NCBI GenBank assembly: GCA_026985555.1
Contig: JALSQF010000011.1
Span: forward strand, 4,571-68,570
Reading direction: 5' to 3'
Length of the DNA stretch: 64,000 bases
DNA from: Candidatus Moraniibacteriota bacterium
GTDB lineage: Bacteria; Patescibacteriota; Minisyncoccia; Moranbacterales; UBA9337
Shown: piece after piece, positions 39,640 through 49,400 of the stretch
Layout: each line of letters starts with the position of its first letter
How positions within the stretch are numbered: the stretch's first letter is position 1
Made by a program: the position numbers and the translations under genes
Notes under the pieces: generated by a model
Told to the model about the DNA's origin: nothing
What the model saw: only the letters and a program-made list of their open reading frames with translations
The model's database searches: none

Positions 39640-39696
39640 AAATTAGTAGAAAATCAAATTTCATAAATAAGTAATTAAATTAAAAAATAAAAAAAT

Positions 39697-39912
39697 ATGA
39701 ATATAAATAAAGCTGTTATAAGTCTGATTTTATCTCTAGTAAACTTATTATTAATAATGGTATTGTTTTTTATTTTGTATAATAATGGAAATTTAGAAAA
39801 CGCAATTAAGCATAGTAAACCTAAACCGCCAGCAGTTTTAGAATCAAGTAAAAATAACGAAGTAATTCCACCTATGCCAGTAGATTCTAATTTGGATTCA
39901 AACAAAAAATAA
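39697..39912 (+). CDS. Small single-TM hypothetical protein
   Basis: TM helix followed by a Pro-rich tail. Confidence 0.6.
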   Translation: MNINKAVISLILSLVNLLLIMVLFFILYNNGNLENAIKHSKPKPPAVLESSKNNEVIPPMPVDSNLDSNKK

Positions 39913-40060
39913 CAATAAGAAAAATTTATATTTGTTTTAATTTTTAATTTTTAATAATTCAATAAAAAATGATAAAACACATTATAATTTTTTTATTAGG
40001 ATTTACCAAAATTAATAATTTAAATGAAAATTAAAAATAAGTTAAATAATAAGCAAGTTT

Positions 40061-40096
40061 TTCTGGCTATTTAAATATCCATTTAAATAGCCAGAA
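40061..40096. repeat. Modular palindrome, copy 3 (two ATTTAAAT; reverse orientation of copy 2)
   Basis: TTCTGGCTATTTAAAT-ATCC-ATTTAAATAGCCAGAA. Confidence 0.9.
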
Positions 40097-40499
40097 GAGA
40101 TTTTAAAAAAATATAAGTTTATAGTTTATAGTTTTTTAAAGTTTTAACTACTTATTTTAATTCTAATAAAATTAATGTTTTTTTATAAAAATAGGATTAG
40201 TATCCTGATTTTTTGTTTTATAAACTTTAATTAAAATGAGATGTGTATAGTTTTTTAAAAAATAAATAACAAACTAAAAACTACTTGAAAAGAAAAAATT
40301 CTCATAATTCAATCTTTCTTTGAAAAATTTTAAAGTTGAATTTAGGGAAATCAACTGAAAGTTTAGTAGAGCTATCTATATAAAGTAATTGTTTTATGTT
40401 AACTCTTTATTTTTAAAGAAAATTGTGTTAAACTTATTTAGTAAAAGCTAATTAAATGAAAGAATACTAATAATTTATGTATCAAATAATTTAAAGAAA

Positions 40500-42950
40500 A
40501 TGAAAAGTGATATAAACAATACAAAAGAAAATATTCAAATTCGTCCTATAACTAAAGAAGTGCAACAATCTTATTTAGATTATGCTATGAGTGTTATTGT
40601 GGCACGTGCTTTGCCAGATGTGAGAGATGGCCTTAAACCGGTGCATCGCAGAATTTTATATTCTATGTGGAAAACGGGATTAAAATCTAATGCAAAATTT
40701 CGTAAGTCGGCTACAGTGGTGGGGGAAGTATTAGGAAAATATCATCCTCATGGAGATATGGCAGTTTATGATTCTATGGTGCGTTTAGCTCAAGATTTTT
40801 CTTTACGTTACCCTTTAATTTGGGGACAAGGAAATTTTGGATCTATGGATGGAGATAGCGCAGCGGCATATCGTTACACAGAGGCCAAATTGCAAAAAAT
40901 AGCGGAAGAAATGTTGTTAGATATTGAAAAAGATACAGTTGATTTTGTTCCTAATTTTGACGGAACTCACCAAGAACCTTCTGTTTTACCTGCTAAACTT
41001 CCCCAGTTATTATTAAATGGAACTATGGGAATTGCCGTAGGTATGGCTACTAATATACCACCTCATAATTTAAATGAATTGGTAGATGCTATAGTATATC
41101 TTATTGATCATTCGGAGGCGACAGTGGAGGAAATAATGCAATTTATTAAAGGTCCTGATTTTCCTACGGGAGGAATTATTTATAATCAAAAGGATATTTT
41201 AGAGGCTTATGCCACAGGCAAAGGAAGAATTGTTACACGAGCAAAAGCTGAAATTATAGAAAATAAAAAAGGAAAGTTTCAAATTATTGTAACGGAAATG
41301 ACTTATGCTACTAACAAAGCCTCTCTTTTAGAAAAGATTGCTTTTTTAGTTAAAGAGGGAAAAATAAAAGGAATTAGAAATTTAAGAGATGAATCTGACA
41401 AAGAGGGAATACGGATCGTGATTGACCTAAAAAAGGACGCATTTCCTCAAAAAGTGTTAAATAGACTTTATTCTTTAACAGATTTGCAGAAAAATTTTAA
41501 TGTTAATATGTTAGCCTTGGTAGATGGAATTGAACCGCAAATTTTAAATTTAAAATCCGTTTTAGATTATTACATAAAACATAGAAAGGTAGTTGTAACA
41601 CGAAGAACAAAATATGAACTACAAAAAGCGAAAGATAGAGCGCATATTTTAGAGGGATTAAAAAAAGCCTTAGACCATATTGATGAAGTGATTAGTGTAA
41701 TCAAAAAATCTAAAACAAAAGAGATTGCTCATCAGAATTTAGTTAAAAAATTTAAATTTTCTGATAAACAGACAGAAGCAATTTTAGAAATGAAGTTGCA
41801 AACTTTAGCAGGATTAGAAAGAAAAAAAATAGAGGAAGAATTAAAAGAAAAATTAAAATTAATTGCAGAATTAGAAAGTATTTTAAAAAATCCTCAAAAG
41901 CTTTTAAATATTATTAAAAAAGAGTTAAAAGAGCTAAAAGAAAAATATGGCGACAAAAGAAAAACAAAGGTAATTAAGAGTAAGGTAGGAGAATTTAAAC
42001 AAGAAGATTTAGTTCCCAATGAAGAAGCCATTATTACTATATCTTACAAAGGATATATAAAAAGAATGAATCCTGGAGTTTATAAGCTACAGAAAAGGGG
42101 AGGGAAAGGTGTCATCGGCGCTACTACCAAAGAAGATGATTTTATTCAACAGATGGATGCAGTGATGACGCATGATAATTTATTATTTTTCACAGATTCA
42201 GGGAAAGTATTTCGTACTCAAGCTTATGAAATTCCGGAGTCAACTAGAACAGCTAAGGGACAGGCTTTAGTTAATTTTTTACAACTAGGAACAGAGGAGA
42301 AAGTGACAGAAATGATTGCTTTTAATCAAAACGACAATTATCGTTATTTTCTTATGATTACAGAAAAGGGAATTATTAAAAAGGTAAAACTAGCTGAATT
42401 TGATAATGTTAGGAGAAGTGGTTTAATTGCAATTAAATTAAATAAAAATGATAAATTAAGATGGGTAAAACCAACCACAGGTTCTGATGAAGTTGTTATA
42501 ACTACTGCTTTAGGACAAGCTATTCATTTTAAAGAAAAAGATATTCGCAGTATGGGTAGATCTGCTGCTGGAGTAAGAGGAATTCGTCTTAAAAAAGATG
42601 ATAAAGTTGTAGGTATGGATGTAATTTTAGCTAAACAGAAAGGAAATCAACTAATGATTATAACAGAAAATGGATATGGAAAAAGGACTGATTTAAAATT
42701 TTATAAAATTCAAAAAAGAGGAGGGTCGGGAATTAAAACAGCTAAAATTACCAGTAAAACGGGAAAAATTATAGGAGCTAATCTAGTTAATTTAGATGAT
42801 TTAGAAAGAGATTTGATTATTACTTCAGCTAAAGGTCAAATTATTAGAATTCCTTTAGAGAGTATTCCTACATTAAGTAGAGCTACACAAGGAGTAAGAG
42901 TAATGAAACCGAAAACAGGAGATAAAGTAAGCGCTATGACAATATTATAA
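40500..42950 (+). CDS. gyrA: DNA gyrase subunit A
   Basis: [29 protein letters not shown], GyrA-box QKRGGKG. Confidence 0.97.
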   Translation: MKSDINNTKENIQIRPITKEVQQSYLDYAMSVIVARALPDVRDGLKPVHRRILYSMWKTGLKSNAKFRKSATVVGEVLGKYHPHGDMAVYDSMVRLAQDFSLRYPLIWGQGNFGSMDGDSAAAYRYTEAKLQKIAEEMLLDIEKDTVDFVPNFDGTHQEPSVLPAKLPQLLLNGTMGIAVGMATNIPPHNLNELVDAIVYLIDHSEATVEEIMQFIKGPDFPTGGIIYNQKDILEAYATGKGRIVTRAKAEIIENKKGKFQIIVTEMTYATNKASLLEKIAFLVKEGKIKGIRNLRDESDKEGIRIVIDLKKDAFPQKVLNRLYSLTDLQKNFNVNMLALVDGIEPQILNLKSVLDYYIKHRKVVVTRRTKYELQKAKDRAHILEGLKKALDHIDEVISVIKKSKTKEIAHQNLVKKFKFSDKQTEAILEMKLQTLAGLERKKIEEELKEKLKLIAELESILKNPQKLLNIIKKELKELKEKYGDKRKTKVIKSKVGEFKQEDLVPNEEAIITISYKGYIKRMNPGVYKLQKRGGKGVIGATTKEDDFIQQMDAVMTHDNLLFFTDSGKVFRTQAYEIPESTRTAKGQALVNFLQLGTEEKVTEMIAFNQNDNYRYFLMITEKGIIKKVKLAEFDNVRRSGLIAIKLNKNDKLRWVKPTTGSDEVVITTALGQAIHFKEKDIRSMGRSAAGVRGIRLKKDDKVVGMDVILAKQKGNQLMIITENGYGKRTDLKFYKIQKRGGSGIKTAKITSKTGKIIGANLVNLDDLERDLIITSAKGQIIRIPLESIPTLSRATQGVRVMKPKTGDKVSAMTIL

Positions 42951-43023
42951 TTCTAGTAAAAAGAAAATAAGTCTTGTCAATAAAAAAATAAAATGTTATC
43001 TTTAAAAATATTAATTTTTAATT

Positions 43024-43075
43024 AGCTAATATTGGTCTTATTAAATTTAAAGTAAATAAAGACGAGTATTCAGCT
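43024..43075 (+). promoter_or_regulatory. Candidate S15 leader hairpin
   Basis: AGCT-AATATT-G-GTCTT...AAGAC-G-AGTATT-C-AGCT pairing just upstream of rpsO. Confidence 0.45.
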
Positions 43076-43087
43076 GTAAATAAAAAT

Positions 43088-43357
43088 ATGGCATTAACTA
43101 AAAAGCAAAAAGAAATAGTTACTCAAAATGTAAAAAGGCACAACAAAGATACAGGATCTCCAGAATATCAAATTGCTCTTTTTACAGAAAAAATTAAAAA
43201 ACTAACCGATCATTTAAAGAAAAATAAAAAAGATTTTCATTCTCGCAGAGGGCTTTTAAAAATGGTGGCTAAAAGGAAAAAGTTAATGAATTATTTAGAA
43301 AAAACTAATAAGAAAGCTTATAAAGCTTTAATTAAAAAACTAAAATTAAAAGGTTAA
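43088..43357 (+). CDS. rpsO: 30S ribosomal protein S15
   Basis: DTGSPEYQIA, H..KDFHSRRGL. Confidence 0.97.
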   Translation: MALTKKQKEIVTQNVKRHNKDTGSPEYQIALFTEKIKKLTDHLKKNKKDFHSRRGLLKMVAKRKKLMNYLEKTNKKAYKALIKKLKLKG

Positions 43358-43404
43358 AATTTTTTAATAATTCTTTTTGAATTATTTTTAATAAATAAAA
43401 ATCA

Positions 43405-43911
43405 ATGTCTAATTTTTCTCAATTCAAGGAGCAAAGAGTAGCCGTTTTAGTGGATATTCAAAATCTTTATTATAGCGCTAGAGTTTTATATAATAAAAAA
43501 GTAAATTTTAAAAATATCTTATTGGAAGGAGTAGCTAGGAGAAAATTAATTAGAGCCATAGCTTATGGAATAACTACCTTAGAAGGTTCGGAGGAAAAAT
43601 TTTTAGAAGCGTTAGTTAAACACGGATTTGAGGTAAAAACTAAAGATTTGCAAATATTTCCTGGAGGAGCCAAAAAAGGAGATTGGGATGTGGGTATTGC
43701 AGTAGATGCCATTAAATTATCTAAAAATTTAGATGTGATTGTTTTAATTTCGGGAGATGGTGATTATTTACCGATGGTTACTTATGTGCAAAATACTACT
43801 GGTTGTCGGGTTGAAGTGATGGCTTTTAGCGAATCGGCTAACGGAAAGTTAATAGAGCAGGCAGATAATTTTATTAATCTTTCAGAAAATAGAAAAAAAT
43901 TTTTAATTTAA
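43405..43911 (+). CDS. NYN-domain (LabA/DUF88) protein
   Basis: VDIQN, KGDWDVGIAVD, SGDGDY. Confidence 0.9.
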   Translation: MSNFSQFKEQRVAVLVDIQNLYYSARVLYNKKVNFKNILLEGVARRKLIRAIAYGITTLEGSEEKFLEALVKHGFEVKTKDLQIFPGGAKKGDWDVGIAVDAIKLSKNLDVIVLISGDGDYLPMVTYVQNTTGCRVEVMAFSESANGKLIEQADNFINLSENRKKFLI

Positions 43912-43956
43912 ATATTTAAAAATTGAAAACAAATTATATTTTATTTAAAAATATAA

Positions 43957-43986
43957 AAAACCGACTATATTTAGATAGTCGGTTTT
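43957..43986. terminator. Bidirectional terminator
   Basis: AAAACCGACTAT / ATAGTCGGTTTT stem between convergent genes. Confidence 0.75.
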
Positions 43987-43995
43987 GTTTTTTAA

Positions 43996-44235
43996 TTAAG
44001 GGCAAGGAGACAATTTTTTTTTCCATTTACCTCCGTTAAAACATCCTTCCCATTCATTTGTTCTAATGATTAAAACAAATGAATAAGGGCGAAGATTAGA
44101 ATTTTCCTCCCTTATTTCTTCATAATTTTCATCATATTTGCTTTCCTCCCAATTTTTGTGGCAAAAACAAATTTTTTTTGGGTTGTAAATACTTAAAAAA
44201 GCGCCACAAATTTCACATCTCCTTTTCTTTTGCAT
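43996..44235 (-). CDS. Small putative Zn-binding protein
   Basis: CEICG..LSIYN....CFCH; SD AAAAGGAGG upstream. Confidence 0.6.
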   Translation of the reverse strand: MQKKRRCEICGAFLSIYNPKKICFCHKNWEESKYDENYEEIREENSNLRPYSFVLIIRTNEWEGCFNGGKWKKKLSPCP

Positions 44236-44313
44236 AATAGAATAGCCCTCCTTTTTGTAATAAATTAAAAATTAAAAAATGAAAAAGAACTAAAAACAAA
44301 TCTAACTTTCCAG

Positions 44314-44386
44314 TGCATCCAGAGGGATTCGAACCCCCGACCGTCTGGTTAAGAGCCAGCTGCTCTACCAACTGAGCTATGGATGC
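44314..44386 (-). tRNA. tRNA-Lys(CTT)
   Basis: GCATCCATAGCTCAGTTGGTAGAGC..CT-CTT-AA..GTTCGAATC..TGGATGCA cloverleaf. Confidence 0.93.
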
Positions 44387-44402
44387 TTTATAAAATATAT
44401 TG

Positions 44403-44473
44403 TTCCGAGGTAGGGACTCGAACCCCAATTAGCAGAGCCAGAATCTGCTGTCCTACCATTAGACGACCTCGGA
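44403..44473 (-). tRNA. tRNA-Gln(CTG)
   Basis: TCCGAGG..GCAGA-TT-CTG-GC-TCTGC..GTTCGAGTC..CCTCGGAA. Confidence 0.92.
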
Positions 44474-44488
44474 GCAAATTTTTAAAAG

Positions 44489-44571
44489 TGCCGCGGGAGA
44501 GACTCGAACTCTCATGGGACAAGCCCACTAGTTCCTAAGACTAGCGTGTCTACCAATTCCACCACCGCGGC
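44489..44571 (-). tRNA. tRNA-Leu(TAG)
   Basis: GCCGCGGTGGTGGAATTGGTAGACAC..CTAGT-CT-TAG-GA-ACTAG, long variable arm. Confidence 0.94.
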
Positions 44572-44587
44572 AGTTAACTAGTATAAG

Positions 44588-44661
44588 TAGCAGGGGTGAG
44601 AATTGAACTCACGACCTTGGGCTTATGAGTCCCACGCTCTAACCAACTGAGCTACCCTGCC
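44588..44661 (-). tRNA. tRNA with CAT anticodon (Met; elongator/Ile2 not resolved)
   Basis: GGCAGGGTAGCTCAGTTGGTTAGAGC..CT-CAT-AA..GTTCAATTC..CCCTGCTA. Confidence 0.88.
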
Positions 44662-44734
44662 TTTCTAAAAATTTTTTTAAAAAATCTAAAAATATTCCAA
44701 CACTTTTGCATTATCCTATATTTTTTAAGAAAAA

Positions 44735-45040
44735 TCAAGAGTTAGATTTGAAGAAAAGTTTAATTCTTTCAATTTCTTTTTTTAAAATATCTTCATTTTT
44801 GTATTCACCATGATGACGAGTAGTTTTTCCGTAAGTATACTTTTTTTGATCTAAATGAATATTGAAGATAAGATTATTTTCAAGAAGAGTTAAGTAAATA
44901 TGAAAACGAGGAAAACCACTTTGGCTTAACGGATAAATAAAACTCATTTGATTATTACTAGTATGATGTTGAAATTGATAACCTAATTGTCTTAATAGAT
45001 TAGTGGGATTTTTTTGAAAATCTTTCAAAATTATTTTCAT
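44735..45040 (-). CDS. Hypothetical protein
   Basis: 101 aa; GFPRFHIY..NIHLDQKK..Y....HHGEY. Confidence 0.75.
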   Translation of the reverse strand: MKIILKDFQKNPTNLLRQLGYQFQHHTSNNQMSFIYPLSQSGFPRFHIYLTLLENNLIFNIHLDQKKYTYGKTTRHHGEYKNEDILKKEIERIKLFFKSNS

Positions 45041-45087
45041 TTTAGATAGAAATATTATTAATTTATAGAATAGTAACTAATAAAAAG

Positions 45088-45160
45088 TGGACTATGCCGG
45101 ACTTGAACCGGCCACCTCATCCATGCCATGGATGCGCTCTGCCAGATGAGCTAATAGCCC
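45088..45160 (-). tRNA. tRNA-Ala(GGC)
   Basis: GGGCTAT..CATCC-AT-GGC-AT-GGATG..ATAGTCCA with G3:U70 pair. Confidence 0.93.
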
Positions 45161-45270
45161 TTATATATGATTTATATTACTATATCATAGCAAACTTTAC
45201 TCTAGATTTCAAGAAAAATATAGTATATATTAAAAAAGTTACTTTTAGTTTGCAAAAAAGCTAATAGAAA

Positions 45271-45359
45271 GGAGAAGTGCCAGAGTGGTTGAATGGGGCG
45301 CTCTCGAAAAGCGTTGTTCCTATAAGGAACCGGGGGTTCAAATCCCTCCTTCTCCGCCA
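45271..45359 (+). tRNA. tRNA-Ser(CGA), CCA encoded
   Basis: GGAGAAG..GCGCT-CT-CGA-AA-AGCGT, long variable arm, ends CTTCTCCGCCA. Confidence 0.94.
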
Positions 45360-45431
45360 ATTGAAATTTTATATTGTGAAAATATAAAAATTGTATTTCA
45401 TAATTATTTATTTTTTAAAAAACAAATTTAT

Positions 45432-45485
45432 TCTTTCTGGCTATTTAAATATCCATTTAAATGGATATTTAAATAGCCAGAAAGA
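45432..45485. repeat. Modular palindrome, copy 4 (three ATTTAAAT; perfect 54-bp palindrome)
   Basis: TCTTTCTGGCT-ATTTAAAT-ATCC-ATTTAAAT-GGAT-ATTTAAAT-AGCCAGAAAGA. Confidence 0.92.
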
Positions 45486-45542
45486 GTTTGATAGGTTTAT
45501 ATAAATATTGAGAATAATTTTCTAAAATAATTTTAATTTAAA

Positions 45543-46286
45543 ATGGAATTAAAAAATTTAATCAGAGCAAAACTTATTAAAAGATACAAAAGATTTTTAA
45601 TGAAAGTTAAATTTAAAAATCAAACAATTACTGCTTATACTCCTAACACTGGAACAATGAAAACTTTATTGGACGAAGAAAATTTTGTTTATTTAGAAAA
45701 TAGTCAAAACCTTAAAAGAAAATTAAAATATACTACTAAAATTATTGAATTGGTAAAAAAAGAAAAAAATAATCAAAAATTTTTTACAATGATTGATACT
45801 CATTTAGCTAATAGAATTGTTGAAGAGTGGATTAAAAATAAAGAAATTCCAGAATTAAAAAAATATCAAAAAATTGAAAGGGAGGTGAAATATGGCAAAA
45901 ATCAAAAAAGTAGAATTGATATTTTGTTAAGTCATAAAAATAAAAAGAAAACTTTTATTGAAATTAAAAATGCCACTTTGAAATTAGAAAAAAATACGAT
46001 TGCTTTTCCAGATGCAATTACGGAAAGAGGAAAAAAACATTTAGAAGAATTAATTTTAGAAGTTGAGCAAGGAAATCAAGCAATAGTTTTTTTTCTTGTT
46101 TCTCGAAATGATGGAAAGAAATTTAGAGTGGCAAAAGAGATTGATGAAAAATTTTATGAAACTTTTTTAAAAGCCAAGAAAAAAGGAGTGCAATTTTTAG
46201 CTTATCAAATTGATTTTGAGTTAAAAGAAAAAGAAGGGAAATATAATTTTCAATTAACTCGCGGTCCAAAGATTAAAATTATTTAG
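45543..46286 (+). CDS. sfsA: SfsA-family nuclease
   Basis: KRYKRF, PNTGTM, SRIDILL, IEIKN, FPDA.T.RGKKHL.EL. Confidence 0.92.
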   Translation: MELKNLIRAKLIKRYKRFLMKVKFKNQTITAYTPNTGTMKTLLDEENFVYLENSQNLKRKLKYTTKIIELVKKEKNNQKFFTMIDTHLANRIVEEWIKNKEIPELKKYQKIEREVKYGKNQKSRIDILLSHKNKKKTFIEIKNATLKLEKNTIAFPDAITERGKKHLEELILEVEQGNQAIVFFLVSRNDGKKFRVAKEIDEKFYETFLKAKKKGVQFLAYQIDFELKEKEGKYNFQLTRGPKIKII

Positions 46287-46425
46287 TGAGATAACGACGT
46301 TATTAGAAAAAGATAAAAAGACGGTAACTTGTGGAATAGATCATTGCTGTAATGCTATAATTATTAAAAAGTTTAAAGAAGTAAAAATTTTCCAAATTAG
46401 CTTTAAAATGTGGTAGAATAAAAGC

Positions 46426-49400
46426 ATGAAAATAGATAAAAAAATAACTCAAACTTTTTCTTATGGTGTGATTTATATCTATTCTATTCCACTTGATAGT
46501 CATAAAGGTAGATTGAAGATAGGTAGCACTACCATTAATTTGCAAAATCCGACACAGGCAGAAATGAAAGCCGTAGCAGACAATAGAATAAAACAACAGA
46601 CTAAAACCGCTGATATACCGTATAAATTGGAATATACAGTACTTGCGATTGATGAACAAAATAACTATTTTTCAGATTATGATGTTCATAATGTTTTGAT
46701 TCGTTCCGGATATAAAAGAAAATCGGAGAATGTTAAAAATATTCATTCAGAATGGTTTGAGGTAAGTTTAGATATTGCAAAAAAAGCCATTCAGGCAGTT
46801 AAAGAAGGACGAAAAGCTTTAACAACCGAAGAAAAGATTTCTAAATCTCAAGAAATAGTATTTTCTTTTCGTCCTAACCAACTTGATGCTATAGAAAAAA
46901 CTACTAAAGCTATTAAGAGAAATAAAAAACATTTTTTGTGGAATGCTAAAATGCGTTTCGGTAAAACAGCGGCGGCAATGCAGGTTGCTAAAGAAAATGA
47001 AATGCAAAAAGTGCTAATTGCTACGCATCGTCCTAGCGTTAAAGTTGATTGGTATGATGATTTCAATAAAATTTTAGCCAGTGCTGATTATCAATATGCC
47101 TCTAAGGATAGAGGTGAACATATTAAAACCTTATTAAAAGAAAATAAAAAATTTGTTTACTTTGTTTCGTTGCATGATTTGCGTGGCTCAAAGCGAGTAG
47201 TTGAAGATGAAGCAGCACATTCTCAGGCGGTAGGTTTTGAAAAAAATGAAGAAATTTTTGACACTGAGTGGGATATGTTTATTGTGGATGAAGCACATGA
47301 AGGAACACAAAGTAATTTAGGGAAAACCGTTTTTAGTAAGATAGTAACGAAGTTTACATTGCAACTTTCTGGTACTCCTTTTAATATTTTACACAAATAC
47401 GAAGAGGAAAATGTTTATACCTGGGATTATGTAATGGAGCAAGAAGCAAAATTAAATTGGGAAAAAAATAACCCCGGTGTTCCTAATCCTTATGCTGAAT
47501 TACCAGAATTAAATATTTTTACTTATGATATAGATCAGTTCTCAGCCCATATTGGAAATTTTGGAGGCAAATTTCATAGTGTTATGGATGGGGCATTTAA
47601 ATTTCACGAATTTTTCCGTGTAAAAAAGAATGATCAAGGCGAAGAGATTGCGGAATTTGAACATCAAGAAATGGTGAAAAAATTTTTAGACCTTTTAGTA
47701 AATGATAAGTTAAAAACAAAATTTCCATATGCTACTAAGGAATATCGTAATTACAATAAACATTCCCTTTGGCTTTTACCAAATCGTGTTAAAGTTATTG
47801 AAGCAATGGAAAAATTATTGCAAGAACATCCAGTGTTTGGATCTGGTGCTTTTGGTATTGTAAATATTTCAGGTAATGCTCCAGATTATAGTGAAGATAA
47901 AGATGCTAAGGAAAGAGTAGTTAAGGCAATTAAGGAAAATGAGTACACAATAACTTTAACAGGGCAAAGACTAACAACAGGTGCTTCTATAAAAGAATGG
48001 ACTGCTGTTTTTATGATGTCAGATACTAGTTCTGCGACCACATATCTGCAAACTGCTTTTCGTTGTCAAACACCAGCAAGAATTGATGGGAAGTTAAAAA
48101 CTAAGGGTTATGTTTTTGATTTTGCTCCTGACCGTACTTTAAAACTCATTGCTGAAGCTGTAGAGCTTAATCATAAGTCTGGCTCTATAAATTCATCGGA
48201 ACAAAAAGAAGCAATGCAAAAATTTTTAAATTTCTGTCCAATCTTAGCTGCCGAAGGAGGAAAAATGGTGCCATATGATGTGGGTGGGATGCTTAAACAA
48301 CTTAAAAAAGCTATTATCCAAAGAGTGCAACGAAATGGATTTGATGACCCAAAATTATACAACGACAATTTATTGCAATTGGACGAAATGGATGTTAGCA
48401 AATTCAATGAATTAAAAAAGATTGTTGGTGCTTCCAAATCTACACAGATAAAAGAAATAGAAATCAATAAATTGGGAATGGATGATTTGCAAAAAGCAGA
48501 ATCGGCAAGGAAAAAGAAACAGCAAGAGAGGTCATTAACAGAAGAAGAAAAGGAAGCTCTTAAAAAACTAAGGAAAGCCAGAGAAGAAAAGAAAAAAGCA
48601 ATTAATATTTTGCGAGCAGTGAGTATTAGAATGCCAATGTTGGTTTATGGTGCGGATATTTCTTTTAAAAAAGATATTTCTTTGCAAGATTTTATAGAGT
48701 TAGTTGATGATGAGTCTTGGGTAGAATTTATGCCGGATGGACTTACCAAAGAAAAGTTTAATGATTTTGTGAAATATTATGATGAAGATGTTTTTAAGGG
48801 GGTAGCGAGATCTATCCGTGCTCAAGCCCAGGATTGTGATAATCTCCCACCTACAGAAAGAGTTGAATCACTGGCAGAAATTTTTGCTACTTTTAAAAAT
48901 CCAGATAAGGAAACAGTGCTTACACCGTGGAAGGTAGTTAATATGCACATTACAGGAGTTTTTGGCGGACATAATTTTGTTAGTGGTATAAAAGACAAAA
49001 CAGGAAAGCCAATGTGGCAAAGCGGTGAAGTGGGTGAAAATATTTGGGAAAAAGATGATGTTAAAATTTTAGAAATCAATTCTAAATCGGGGCTTTATCC
49101 ACTTTTATGCGCTTATAATGTTTATACTCGTAAACTTAAAAAAGATAAAAAACTTAAAAAATCAGAAGATAAAGTTTACAAAAAAGTTTGGGATGAGGTT
49201 TTGAAAAATAATATTTATGTTTTGTGTAAAAGTCCGATGGCAAAAAGCATTACTCAAAGAACTTTAGCTGGTTATACAAATGTCAAAACAAATATTATTT
49301 ACATAAAAGATTTAATTGATAAAATGAAACAAAATGATGGCTACAAAGATTATAATTTACCTCAAGAATTATTAACCAAATTTAATTTAGATAAAAATAT

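Noticed and set aside
44213-44428. 71-aa ORF, and likewise 45285-45476
   Set aside because: They overlap tRNA genes; spurious translations
19205-45485. Palindrome copies as a CRISPR array or integron attC sites
   Set aside because: Copies are kilobases apart with no spacers and no cas genes; they lack attC RYYYAAC/GTTRRRY ends and no integrase is present
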